DNA of 64,000 nt from NCBI GenBank assembly GCA_963796275.1, contig CAWCKY010000004.1, positions 800,001 to 864,000 on the forward strand. The letters are read 5' to 3'. Of this stretch, positions 19,853-29,172 are shown piece after piece. Source of the stretch: an uncultured Acidobacteriota bacterium. GTDB lineage: Bacteria; Acidobacteriota; Blastocatellia; RBC074. Position 1 is the stretch's first letter. Every line of letters begins with the position of its first letter. A model generated the notes under the pieces. The model saw only the letters and a program-made list of their open reading frames with translations. It made no database searches and was not told the DNA's origin. The position numbers were made by a program, and so were the translations under genes.

Positions 19853-22313
19853 CTACTCATACCGCAGCGCCACCATCGGATCCACCTTCGTTGCCCGCCG
19901 CGCCGGAATCCAACAGGCTACCAATGCAATAAACACCAACACCAGCGCAATCACAGCAAAGGTCTTGAAGTCAGTCGCGCTCACTTCAAATAGCATCCGG
20001 GTCATCAGACGGGTCAACGCCATGGACGCCAGCAAGCCAAGCATCACGCCCAGCAGCGCCAGCTTCATCCCCTGGCCTATTACCAGCTTCAATACATCTC
20101 GACGTCGCGCGCCCAACGCCATTCGCAAACCGACTTCGTGCGTGCGCTGTGCGACTGCGTACGACATCACACCGTAAAGCCCCACGGCAGCCAATCCCAG
20201 CGCCAGGGTCGCAAACAGCCCGAGCACCTGCAGATTGAAGCGCTGTTGCCAGAGCGCATCGGCAATCACCTGCTCCATGAGCTCTACATTCGAGACCGGC
20301 AGGCTGCGATCGACCGCTCTGACCGTCTCTCGCACCGCTGCGGCGAGATTCTGCGGCTCGATGCTAGTACGGACGATTAAGGTCATTGAGGAGTACCGGC
20401 CTGCGCGGCTCGTGTAAAAGCCCCGGCCTTGTTGGAAAGACAGATAGCATTCGTTCGATGGCGCATCCGTCCAGCTACTCTGTTTGATATCCTTTACAAC
20501 GCCGACCACCGTCAGCCACTGTGGCGCCTGCGAATTGTCGCGCGGATTGTCGAGCGTGATGCGCTTGCCGATGGGGGTTTCCGATGGCCAATGACGCCGG
20601 GCGAGCGTCTCGTTGATTATGACTACGCCGGGCGAGTCGGAGGTATCGCGCTCGGTGAAATCGCGCCCAGCAAGCAGCTGTGCACCCATCGTCTTGAAAG
20701 TAATCGGGGCGGCTGACGCGGAAGGTTACGCCGATCTCCTGTCCGGGCGGCGGCAGCAGACGACCTTCAATCGTCAGCGGCGTCCCCCACGTGTCGCCGG
20801 CCAGCGGCAGATGGTTGATCGCGCTCGCCGACTCGACACCCGGCAAAGCTGTGAGCCGATCTGTCAATTGCCGATAGAACGATTCGCGTGAGGGACCAAC
20901 GTATTGCGGTGCGCCGGCCAGCGAGATCGTCATCGTCAATAAGTTGCGCGGATTGAACCCAGGATCGATCGCCTGAAGTTTAGCAAAACTGTTCATCAGC
21001 AGACCCGCGCCGATCAGCAGCACCAGCGCCAACGCGAGCTCAGCGACGACGAAGATTTCGCGCAAACGGCGACGTCCGCTCGCCATCCCGCGCCCGCTCT
21101 CTTTGAGAACTTGATTTAAATCGGGCTTCGACGCAGCAAGCGCCGGAGCGAGACCGAAGAGCACGGCGGTCGCCCATGAAATCGAGAATGTGAATGCAAG
21201 CGCTGCCGCATCGATCTTGATTTCGCTCAAGCGCGGCAACCGGACGTTGAAGCCGTTAGTGTTGCCCGCCAGCAGCGCCGTCACCCAATCTACCCCCCAC
21301 ACAGCCAGGAGTATTCCAACGGCTGCGCCACACAACGAGAGCAACAAGCTCTCGGTCAGCAGTTGTCTGAAGATACGCCAGCGGCTGGCTCCCAAAGCTA
21401 CCCGAACTGCTGCCTCTTTTTGTCGCGCCGCCGCCCGCGCCAGCAACAAACAGGCCACATTTGCGCAGGCGATCAACAAGACGAATCCGACGGCGACCCA
21501 TAGGACCAGCAGCGCCCGGCGAACATCGCCGACGACCTTTTCATTCAGTTTGTCTATGCGGATATCGAGGCCGGTGTTGGCTTCCGGGTAATCGATTGCG
21601 AGTCGTTTGCACATCGCATCCATTTCGGCTTGCGCTCGCTCCAGTCCCACGCCCGATTTCAGCCGCGCAAAGATGCGCAGCGAACTCCCCCGGCGGATCG
21701 TTGTTCGATTGGTCAGATCGAGCGGCGCCCACATCTCGGCACGCGTAGCCCAAAAGGGCGGAAATTGAAACTGCGGCGGCATCACGCCGACCACAGTGTA
21801 ACTATCACCGCTCAATGTAAGCTGGCGCCCCACGATCTGCGGGTCGCCGCCAAAGATCCGCTGCCAGAGCTTATGGCTCAGCACCAGCACGTGATCTTTG
21901 CCCGGGTTGTAATCGTCGGGCTGCAGCGTGCGCCCCAACATCGGCTGCACGCCGAGCATCCCAAAAAACCCATCGCCCATCAGCAGCCCGCTGATCGCTT
22001 CCGGCCTGTCGTTGCCTGCCAGCGTGCCGCCCCACGCTTCCGCTGCCGCCATTTGCGCGAAGCTTTGGCTGCCCGTGCGGAAATCCAGAAAGTTCGCGGG
22101 CGAGACAGGACTTCGTCCGTCTTGCAAGAGCGTGACGATCTGTTCCGGATCGTGATAGGCGAGTGGGCGCAGCAGGACGCCGTTGATGATGCTGAAGATG
22201 GCCGTGTTCGCCCCAATACCGAGCGCGAGAGTGAGAACGGCAATCAAAGTGAACCCGGGTTGCTTGAGCAACATCCGGATGCCATAGCGCAAGTCTTGCA
22301 GAAGTGTTTGCAT
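19853..22313 (-). CDS. ADOP-type duplicated FtsX/MacB ABC permease, with a 1-bp frameshift at about 20695
   Basis: [56 protein letters not shown]; extra T in TACTTTCAAG. Confidence 0.88.
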
Positions 22314-22327
22314 ATCTCCTCTGGCAT

Positions 22328-22440
22328 TCGCCTGGGGTACGCACGCTACGCACGCTTCCAACGTGCTGGACTTCGGCCAATTGGGCCAATAGAGAAAACC
22401 AGGCACGCTGGAAGCGTGCGTAGCGTGCGTACCCAGGCGA
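22328..22440. repeat. REP-like inverted repeat pair (about 38-bp arms)
   Basis: TCGCCTGGGGTACGCACGCTACGCACGCTTCCA..GTGC vs GCAC..TGGAAGCGTGCGTAGCGTGCGTACCCAGGCGA. Confidence 0.8.
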
Positions 22441-22729
22441 TTTTCATTGTTTCGGACGTCTTTAGACAGACAATACGAACGATAAGAGGTCAAATGTCGT
22501 GCCAGGAATGCTTTCAAATTAAATGCAATAAACGCACGACTTGATCCGAACGTTCGCAAGAAGCGGCACTGAGGCGTGTTCGCTTCTGGGATAGACAGTT
22601 CTCGATATCGGGACTGTCAGGAACGAGCGATTGAGGAACTCGATCAGTCTGCTATACTCTCGCGGCAACACTCTCGGACAATCTAACCTACTCGGAAATT
22701 GGTGCTCATATCCAAAAGGAGAAACACGA

Positions 22730-22951
22730 ATGATCGACGGAAAACTCAAATTGCTGCTCGCAAAGCTGCTGGTTCTGCTCTCGATCGGAATTGCCGTCTC
22801 GTTGTCGAACAATCCGCGAGCATCAGCCGACCATTCCTGCATCACTTGTCCCCCACCGCCGAGCGTCTGCCCTCTGACTTGCCCTCCCGAGGCGATCTGC
22901 GGTTGGATGCGGTTCTGCAATTTCTGTTGGAAACCGCAATGCATATATTGA
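22730..22951 (+). CDS. Small secreted Cys/Pro-rich peptide (73 aa, 8 Cys)
   Basis: AAGGAG RBS, ATG 22730, hydrophobic signal ending in A-S-A; mature part DHSCITCPPPPSVCPLTCPPEAICGWMRFCNFCWKPQCIY. Confidence 0.7.
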   Translation: MIDGKLKLLLAKLLVLLSIGIAVSLSNNPRASADHSCITCPPPPSVCPLTCPPEAICGWMRFCNFCWKPQCIY

Positions 22952-22985
22952 GATAAAGCTGGTGACGCAGGAGCTAAGTTGCCCC

Positions 22986-23590
22986 CTACTCGCATCTGAG
23001 CGCAATCATCGGATCGACTTTCGCAGCCCGGCGCGCCGGGACGTAACAGGCTACCAACGCCACTGCTATCAAGAGCAGCGTCACGGCGCCCAGGGTACTA
23101 GGGTCGCTTGCGCCCACGCCAAAGAGCAGACCCGCCATCAACCGCGTCAGGGCAAATGAGACCCCCAGCCCGATTGCGATACCTGCCGTCGCGAGCCTTA
23201 TCCCATCCGCCACCACCATTTGCAATAAGTCTTTTCGATCAGCGCCTAGCGCCATCCGGATGCCGATCTCCTGCGTGCGCTGCGCGACGGCGTATGAGAG
23301 GACGCCGTAGATACCCAGGCTGGCCAGCAACAGAGCGAGCGCCGCGAACGCCGCCAGCAGCGTCATCCCCATACGGCGCTGCGCGACCTCCTCCGCCAGT
23401 ACTTCATCCATCGTCCTGATATGCGATACCGGTTGGTTGCGATCGACCGACCAGACCGCCCTGGCGCACTGCCGCGGCAACGGTCAATGGGTCGCCCGTC
23501 GTACGTACCGTCAGATCACGCGGGGAGTTCCAGAAAGTGTCGGGCATCTGCTGATATGGAAAGAACATTTCCGCCTTGGCCGAACCTGAG
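22986..23590 (-). pseudogene. C-terminal fragment of an ADOP permease
   Basis: [25 protein letters not shown]...PARRAAKVDPMIALRCE; frameshift at about 23470; no N-terminal part. Confidence 0.8.
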
Positions 23591-23919
23591 ATCCTGCCAC
23601 AATGTCTCCATATTTTCCTCCCGAAGATGGTTCTCAGTTTTCAGTTTTCACTTTCAATCGGAAACTGAAACCACTACGTTAGTGCCAGAGACAGCGGAAA
23701 GGTCACAGGAAAATTCGCCGTTCGAATCTCAGGATGGAAAAACCACGGGGACCACGTGGTTTTTCCATCCTGAGACTCGAGCTATCTCATTAAGGCGGCT
23801 CAGACCTTGCGCCACATTTTTGATTGGGACACAATGGGCTGTCGTCAAATTCATCGTAAAACCAATAAAATCCAGCAGAGGCTCCTGGATATTGTGCTTT
23901 GCCTGGAGGAGGTTTATCT

Positions 23920-25293
23920 ATGTTCAGATTCGATGCCGAGAAGGCAGTGACGTTCGATGACGGTTTCAGCAGACGCGATTTTCTGCACGCGGGCGCGCTC
24001 TCGATGCTCGGCCTTTCGCTTCCGCAATTTTTCAGCCTGAAGGCGCAGGGCGCGGTCGATTCCGCGAAAGACATGAATCGCATCATGATCTTTCTGCTCG
24101 GCGGCCCTAGCCAGCTCGACACGTGGGATATGAAGCCGGGCGCCCCGGCGGAGATTCGCGGCCCATACAAGCCGATCAAAACCAACGTTCCCGGCATCGA
24201 GATCAGCGAAATCTTCCCGCGCATGGCGACGCAGTGCGACAAGGTCGCGTTCGTGCACGGCTGCTATCACACCGCCGCCGCCGTGCATGACACCGGACAC
24301 CAGATGATGCAGACCGGGCGCCTATTTCAGGGCGGCATCGAACAGCCGCACATCGGCTGCGTGCTGCAGAAGCTGCAAGGCGCGCGCGGCGACGCCCCGG
24401 CGCACGTGCTGCTGCCGCGCCCCATGGGCAATACGGGCGGCAACATGCCGCACGGCCAAAACGCGGGTTATCTCGGCAAAAAATTTGATCCGTTCGTGCT
24501 CAACTCCGATCCATCCGCGCCCAACTTCAAAGTCCCCGACTTGTTACCGCCCGATTACATCTCGGCGCTGCGAACTGATCGTCGCCGTCGTTTGCGCGAT
24601 ATGGTTGATGGTGCGATGAAGGAGATCGAAGTAAGCCAGGACGCGCGCCTGATGAACGATAACTTTCATCAGGCCTATACTCTGATCTCCTCAGTAAAGA
24701 TGCGCGAGGCGTTCGACCTTTCGAAAGAACCAGACACCGTGCGCGACAAATACGGGCGCAATCGTTTCGGACAGAGTTGCCTGCTCGCTCGCCGGATGAT
24801 CGAAAGAGGCGTGCGTTTCGTGACGATCAACATGTTCGAGACAGTCTTCAACGAGATCACGTGGGACATCCACGGCTCCGCGCCGTTTAGCCCCATTATG
24901 TGTTACCGCGATTCGGTCGGCCCGATGTTCGATAACGGCTATGCCACGCTCATCGAAGAGCTCGAAGCGCGCGGCCTGCTGGCGAACACTTTGGTGATGA
25001 CTACGGGTGAATTCGGGCGCACGCCGAAGATCAACCCGGCCGGAGGCCGCGACCACTGGCCGCAGTGCTGGACCATGTTCTTCGCGGGCGGCGGGGTCAA
25101 GGGCGGGCAGAAGATCGGTTCGTCGGACGAGATCGGTGCATATCCGAAAGATCGCCCGGCATCTCCGGCGGAAGTCATCGCTACCGCATATCACGCGCTC
25201 GGCATCGACCTCGACACGGAACTCATCGCCAATCAGTCTCGTCCGATCAAAATCGTGGATCATGGAGTCAGCCCGATCAATGAGTTGTTTTGA
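23920..25293 (+). CDS. DUF1501 domain protein (Tat-exported, Planctomycete type)
   Basis: GGAGG RBS; SRRDFL Tat motif; GGPSQLDTWDMKP, CLLARR..E.GV.FV, WD.H, GEFGRTP, GRDHW. Confidence 0.9.
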   Translation: MFRFDAEKAVTFDDGFSRRDFLHAGALSMLGLSLPQFFSLKAQGAVDSAKDMNRIMIFLLGGPSQLDTWDMKPGAPAEIRGPYKPIKTNVPGIEISEIFPRMATQCDKVAFVHGCYHTAAAVHDTGHQMMQTGRLFQGGIEQPHIGCVLQKLQGARGDAPAHVLLPRPMGNTGGNMPHGQNAGYLGKKFDPFVLNSDPSAPNFKVPDLLPPDYISALRTDRRRRLRDMVDGAMKEIEVSQDARLMNDNFHQAYTLISSVKMREAFDLSKEPDTVRDKYGRNRFGQSCLLARRMIERGVRFVTINMFETVFNEITWDIHGSAPFSPIMCYRDSVGPMFDNGYATLIEELEARGLLANTLVMTTGEFGRTPKINPAGGRDHWPQCWTMFFAGGGVKGGQKIGSSDEIGAYPKDRPASPAEVIATAYHALGIDLDTELIANQSRPIKIVDHGVSPINELF

Positions 25294-25313
25294 ATGAACG
25301 GAGGATGCTCGCT

Positions 25314-27587
25314 ATGAGCGGATTTCATCTCAAACTTACGGTCATCGGAGCGACGCTGCTGCTCGTGCTGGCCTACAGCAGTCCATCGATCCGGCCGGCG
25401 GCGGCGATCGCCTCGACTGCTGGCACTGCCCCGGTGAGACTAGATACGACCAGGCCGGTCAGCGAAATCAGTGCGCCCGCTGGCGGCTGGAGCTTCCGCA
25501 ATCATGTCATTCCTGTGTTCACACGACTGGGATGCAATTCGGGCGCGTGTCACGGATCGGCCGCGGGCAAAGGCGGTTTTAAGCTGACGCTGCGCGGATA
25601 CGACCCCGAGGCTGATTACAACACCCTGACGCGGCAAGCGCTCGGACGCCGCACCAACAAGATAGAACCGGCGCGCAGCCTGCTGTTGCTCAAACCGACC
25701 ATGACGATCGGGCACGGCGGCGGCAAACGACTGGAAGTCGGTTCGCTCGAGTACAAAGTGGTCTCCGAATGGATCGCCGGCGGGATGTCCGCACCGGCCG
25801 AGTCCGATGCCTCCATCACCAGACTCGAAGTGACGCCGAAAGAGATGACGCTCGGGAATGGAGTCGAAGCGCAAGTGCGCGTGAAGGCGATTTACAGCGA
25901 CGGGCAGGCAGAAGACGTGACGCGCTGGGCCAAATATGCGGCGGCGGATGGCGCTGTGGCGAGCGTGGATGAGGAGGGTAAAGTCAAAATTCTGGGCAGC
26001 GGTGAGACGGCGGTCACGGTCTGGTATCAAAGCCGCGTCGCATTCGCCCGGTTCGCCAGCCCTTATTCGGCGAACATCGCACCGGAAACCTTCACGAAAT
26101 CGAAGCGCAACAATTTCATCGACGATCTGGTATTGAAAAAACTGCAGACGTTACGGATCGCTCCTTCGGATGATGCGGCCGACCATGAATTCGTCCGCCG
26201 CGCTTATCTGGACAGCTGCGGCATCCTCCCGACGGCGCAGGAGGTCGAGAGCTTCCTCGCCGATACTACAGCAGACAAACGCGCGAAGCTGATCGACGCT
26301 TTGCTCGAACGTGAGGAGTTCGTCGACTATTGGACTAACCGCTGGGCCGACGTATTTCTGGTCTCTTCGTCTAAACTATCGTCGAACGCGATGTGGAGCT
26401 TCCACAACTGGATCCGAAACAGCGTCAAATCGAACAAGCCTTGGGACCGGATGGCGCGTGAGGTCGTCACCGCGTCGGGCAATACGCTGGAGAACGGCGC
26501 GGCCAACTACTTTGTCATCCACAAGGAACCGACCGATCTGAGCGAGAACTTCTCGATGGCGTTCCTCGGAATGAGCGTCACTTGTGCCCGCTGCCACAAT
26601 CACCCGATGGAGAAATGGACGCAGAAACAGTACTACCAGATGGCCAACCTCTTCGGGCGCGTCGGGATGAAGAACGGCACGCGGCCAGGCGATGTGGAGG
26701 TTTATACCAAACCATATGGCGAGGTGAATCACCCGCGGCTGAACCGCCCGCTCGACCCGGCGCCGCTAGACGGCGTTCCGATCACGATGGACGCGACCAA
26801 GGATCGCCGCGAGCACCTGGCCGAATGGTTGACTTCACCTCAGAACCCGTATTTCACGCGCGCGCTCGTCAATCGCGTCTGGAAGAACTTTATGGGACGC
26901 GGACTGGTAGAAGCAGTGGACGACCTGCGCGCCACCAACCCGCCGTCGAACGAGGAGTTGATGCAGGCGTTGTGCGATGAGACGGTCCGCCTCAATTTCG
27001 ACGTGAAGCGGCTGATCCGCACCATAATGAACTCCGCCGCGTACCAGCGTTCATCCAGGGCGAACGAATATAACCACCAGGACGAGAAATATTATTCGCG
27101 TTACATCGTCAGGAGGCTGAACGCCGAGGCGATGCTCGACGCGATTTCACATGTAACGGGCGCACCGACAGCCTTCCCCAATTACCCCGCGGGGATGCGC
27201 GCGATGCAACTCCCCGATGCGCGGATCAATTCGTATTTTCTGAAAGTTTTTGGCAAGCCCGACCGCACCAATACGTGTGAGTGCGAGCGATCTTCGGAAC
27301 CGACCGTGACGCAGGCGCTGCACATCATCAACGGCGACACGATCAACCAGAAGCTGCGCGCTGCGGGCGGGATCGTGGACAATTTCGTTCGCCTGGGCTT
27401 CTCGGACGAAGCGATTATCAACCACATTTATTTATCAGCACTGAGCAGACATCCAACCTCGGGTGAGATGAAAAACCTACAGGCCGTGCTTAGAGAGAGC
27501 GACGGCAGCAAAGATTCGCGGCGGCATGCGACTGAAGATGCCATCTGGTCGGTGCTGACGAGCCGTGAGTTTTTGTTCAATCATTAA
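25314..27587 (+). CDS. DUF1549/DUF1553 (PSCyt2/PSD1) protein with Ig-like domain
   Basis: GCNSGACHG, N.ID, F.RR.YLD..G.LP, CARCHNHP, VNR.W..F.GRGLV, RRL.AE..LD, CECER, EFLFNH. Confidence 0.9.
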   Translation: MSGFHLKLTVIGATLLLVLAYSSPSIRPAAAIASTAGTAPVRLDTTRPVSEISAPAGGWSFRNHVIPVFTRLGCNSGACHGSAAGKGGFKLTLRGYDPEADYNTLTRQALGRRTNKIEPARSLLLLKPTMTIGHGGGKRLEVGSLEYKVVSEWIAGGMSAPAESDASITRLEVTPKEMTLGNGVEAQVRVKAIYSDGQAEDVTRWAKYAAADGAVASVDEEGKVKILGSGETAVTVWYQSRVAFARFASPYSANIAPETFTKSKRNNFIDDLVLKKLQTLRIAPSDDAADHEFVRRAYLDSCGILPTAQEVESFLADTTADKRAKLIDALLEREEFVDYWTNRWADVFLVSSSKLSSNAMWSFHNWIRNSVKSNKPWDRMAREVVTASGNTLENGAANYFVIHKEPTDLSENFSMAFLGMSVTCARCHNHPMEKWTQKQYYQMANLFGRVGMKNGTRPGDVEVYTKPYGEVNHPRLNRPLDPAPLDGVPITMDATKDRREHLAEWLTSPQNPYFTRALVNRVWKNFMGRGLVEAVDDLRATNPPSNEELMQALCDETVRLNFDVKRLIRTIMNSAAYQRSSRANEYNHQDEKYYSRYIVRRLNAEAMLDAISHVTGAPTAFPNYPAGMRAMQLPDARINSYFLKVFGKPDRTNTCECERSSEPTVTQALHIINGDTINQKLRAAGGIVDNFVRLGFSDEAIINHIYLSALSRHPTSGEMKNLQAVLRESDGSKDSRRHATEDAIWSVLTSREFLFNH

Positions 27588-27599
27588 ATTTAGTATTTG

Positions 27600-27800
27600 C
27601 TCAACCTCTTCGCCGCGTCAGCGACGATTGATTATCAACGTGGGTTTAACCCCTTGGCACTAATCTTTTGCGCTGATGGATATTACGATTCCAGCCCCAA
27701 AGGGGCTGAGATACTCGATATCCAGATGCACAAAATTTTAGGTAACGACAAGGAAACCCACGGCTATAATCAACCGCCGCTACGCGGCAGAGAGGCTGGG
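27600..27800. repeat. Degenerate REP pair of the same family as 6640-6955
   Basis: CAACCTCTTCGCCGCGTCAGCG...GTGGGTTTAACCC and ACCCACGGCTATAATCAACCGCCGCTACGCGGC. Confidence 0.7.
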
Positions 27801-27819
27801 CATCAAACGATTAACACAA

Positions 27820-29172
27820 ATGCCCATTAGCACCAGGCTCAAAATATTAAGCGTCTTTTCCGTCTTGTTGTTCTCCGCCGCACCGGCGCAGCAGGAGGTC
27901 AATTACAAACAGGTTGACGCCATCTTTCAGAACAAGTGCGTCGTATGTCACAGCCACACGACCCGCCAGAGCGGGCTCAATTTGGAGAGCTTCGACTCAC
28001 TGATAACAGGCGGAAAGCGGGGAGCGCCTGTCGTCGCCGGCAAGAGCGGCGAAAGTCTGCTGGTGAAATATATCGACGGGACTCTGAAACCGCGCATGCC
28101 GCTCGGCGACGAGCTCAGCGCCGATGAGATCGGTGTGATCAAAGCATGGATCGACGCGGGCGCCAAAGCTCCGGGCGGCGCTCCCGCAGCCGCGGTATCC
28201 ACACCTGCTGGCGTCTCACCGACTGAACCTAAATCGGACAAGAAAGGCCTTCCCGAAATCAAGCCGACGGGCCCGGTCAAGGCCGCTATCAGCAGTCTCG
28301 CCTTCCAGCCGGGTAGTTACGCGCTTGCCGTAGGCGGTTATCGGGAGATCGAGCTGAACGGTGCGGATGGCAAACCGATCGCGAAATTGGAGGGGTTGGC
28401 CAATCAGGTGCGCGGGCTCGCTTTCAGCCCTGACGGCAAACTGCTGGCAGCTGCCGGCGGCAATCCGGGTCAATTCGGCGAAATCAAACTCTGGAGCGTA
28501 ACGAATAGACAGGAGTTATTTGCGGTTCGCGGACATCGCGACAACATCTTTGCCATCGCATTCAGCCCCGACGGTAAATTGCTGGCGAGTTGCAGCTACG
28601 ATCGTATGGTGAAGTTATGGGATGTGACGACCGGCAAAGAGGTGAGAAACCTGAAAGACCACACGGACGCGGTCTTCGCCGTAGCCTTCAGCCCCGACGG
28701 CAAACTTCTGGCTTCGGCATCGGCGGATCGCACCATCAAAATTTGGAACGTGGCGACAGGCGAACGGCTCTACACCTTGGGGGACGGGCTTGATGCCATG
28801 AACACTGTGTCGTTCCATCCAGCGGGAGGGCTGCTCGCGGGCGCGGGCGCTGATCGCATCATTCGCGTCTGGGAGGTGAACCAGAAGGAAGGCAAGCAGG
28901 TCCGCTCGCTAATCGCTCACGAAGATGCAATCAATCAGGTCGTCTTTTCGCCGGATGGTAAAACGCTCGCCTCAACGGGAGCGGATAGAGTGATCAAGCT
29001 TTGGGATGCAATGGCGCCACAGTTGACCGAGATCAAAATGCTCGAACGCCAGCCCGACTGGGCTCTCGTCATGGCTTACGCGCCCGACGGCAAGAAACTT
29101 GTGGTCGGCCGCTATAACGGCTCCGTCGCAACATACGACTTGACCTCGATAAAAGGAGTGCCGCAAAAATGA
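27820..29172 (+). CDS. Planctomycete-type cytochrome c domain fused to a WD40 beta-propeller
   Basis: Signal peptide; CVVCH heme motif, MP, WI..GA; repeated AFSPDGK..ASAS.D..IK.W. Confidence 0.9.
   Translation: MPISTRLKILSVFSVLLFSAAPAQQEVNYKQVDAIFQNKCVVCHSHTTRQSGLNLESFDSLITGGKRGAPVVAGKSGESLLVKYIDGTLKPRMPLGDELSADEIGVIKAWIDAGAKAPGGAPAAAVSTPAGVSPTEPKSDKKGLPEIKPTGPVKAAISSLAFQPGSYALAVGGYREIELNGADGKPIAKLEGLANQVRGLAFSPDGKLLAAAGGNPGQFGEIKLWSVTNRQELFAVRGHRDNIFAIAFSPDGKLLASCSYDRMVKLWDVTTGKEVRNLKDHTDAVFAVAFSPDGKLLASASADRTIKIWNVATGERLYTLGDGLDAMNTVSFHPAGGLLAGAGADRIIRVWEVNQKEGKQVRSLIAHEDAINQVVFSPDGKTLASTGADRVIKLWDAMAPQLTEIKMLERQPDWALVMAYAPDGKKLVVGRYNGSVATYDLTSIKGVPQK

Noticed and set aside
22314-22559. 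N-terminal extension of the ADOP ORF, and similar extensions at 14675-14806 and 49292-49432
   Set aside because: They run through REP or intergenic DNA; family N-termini, and RBSs where visible, support the downstream starts.
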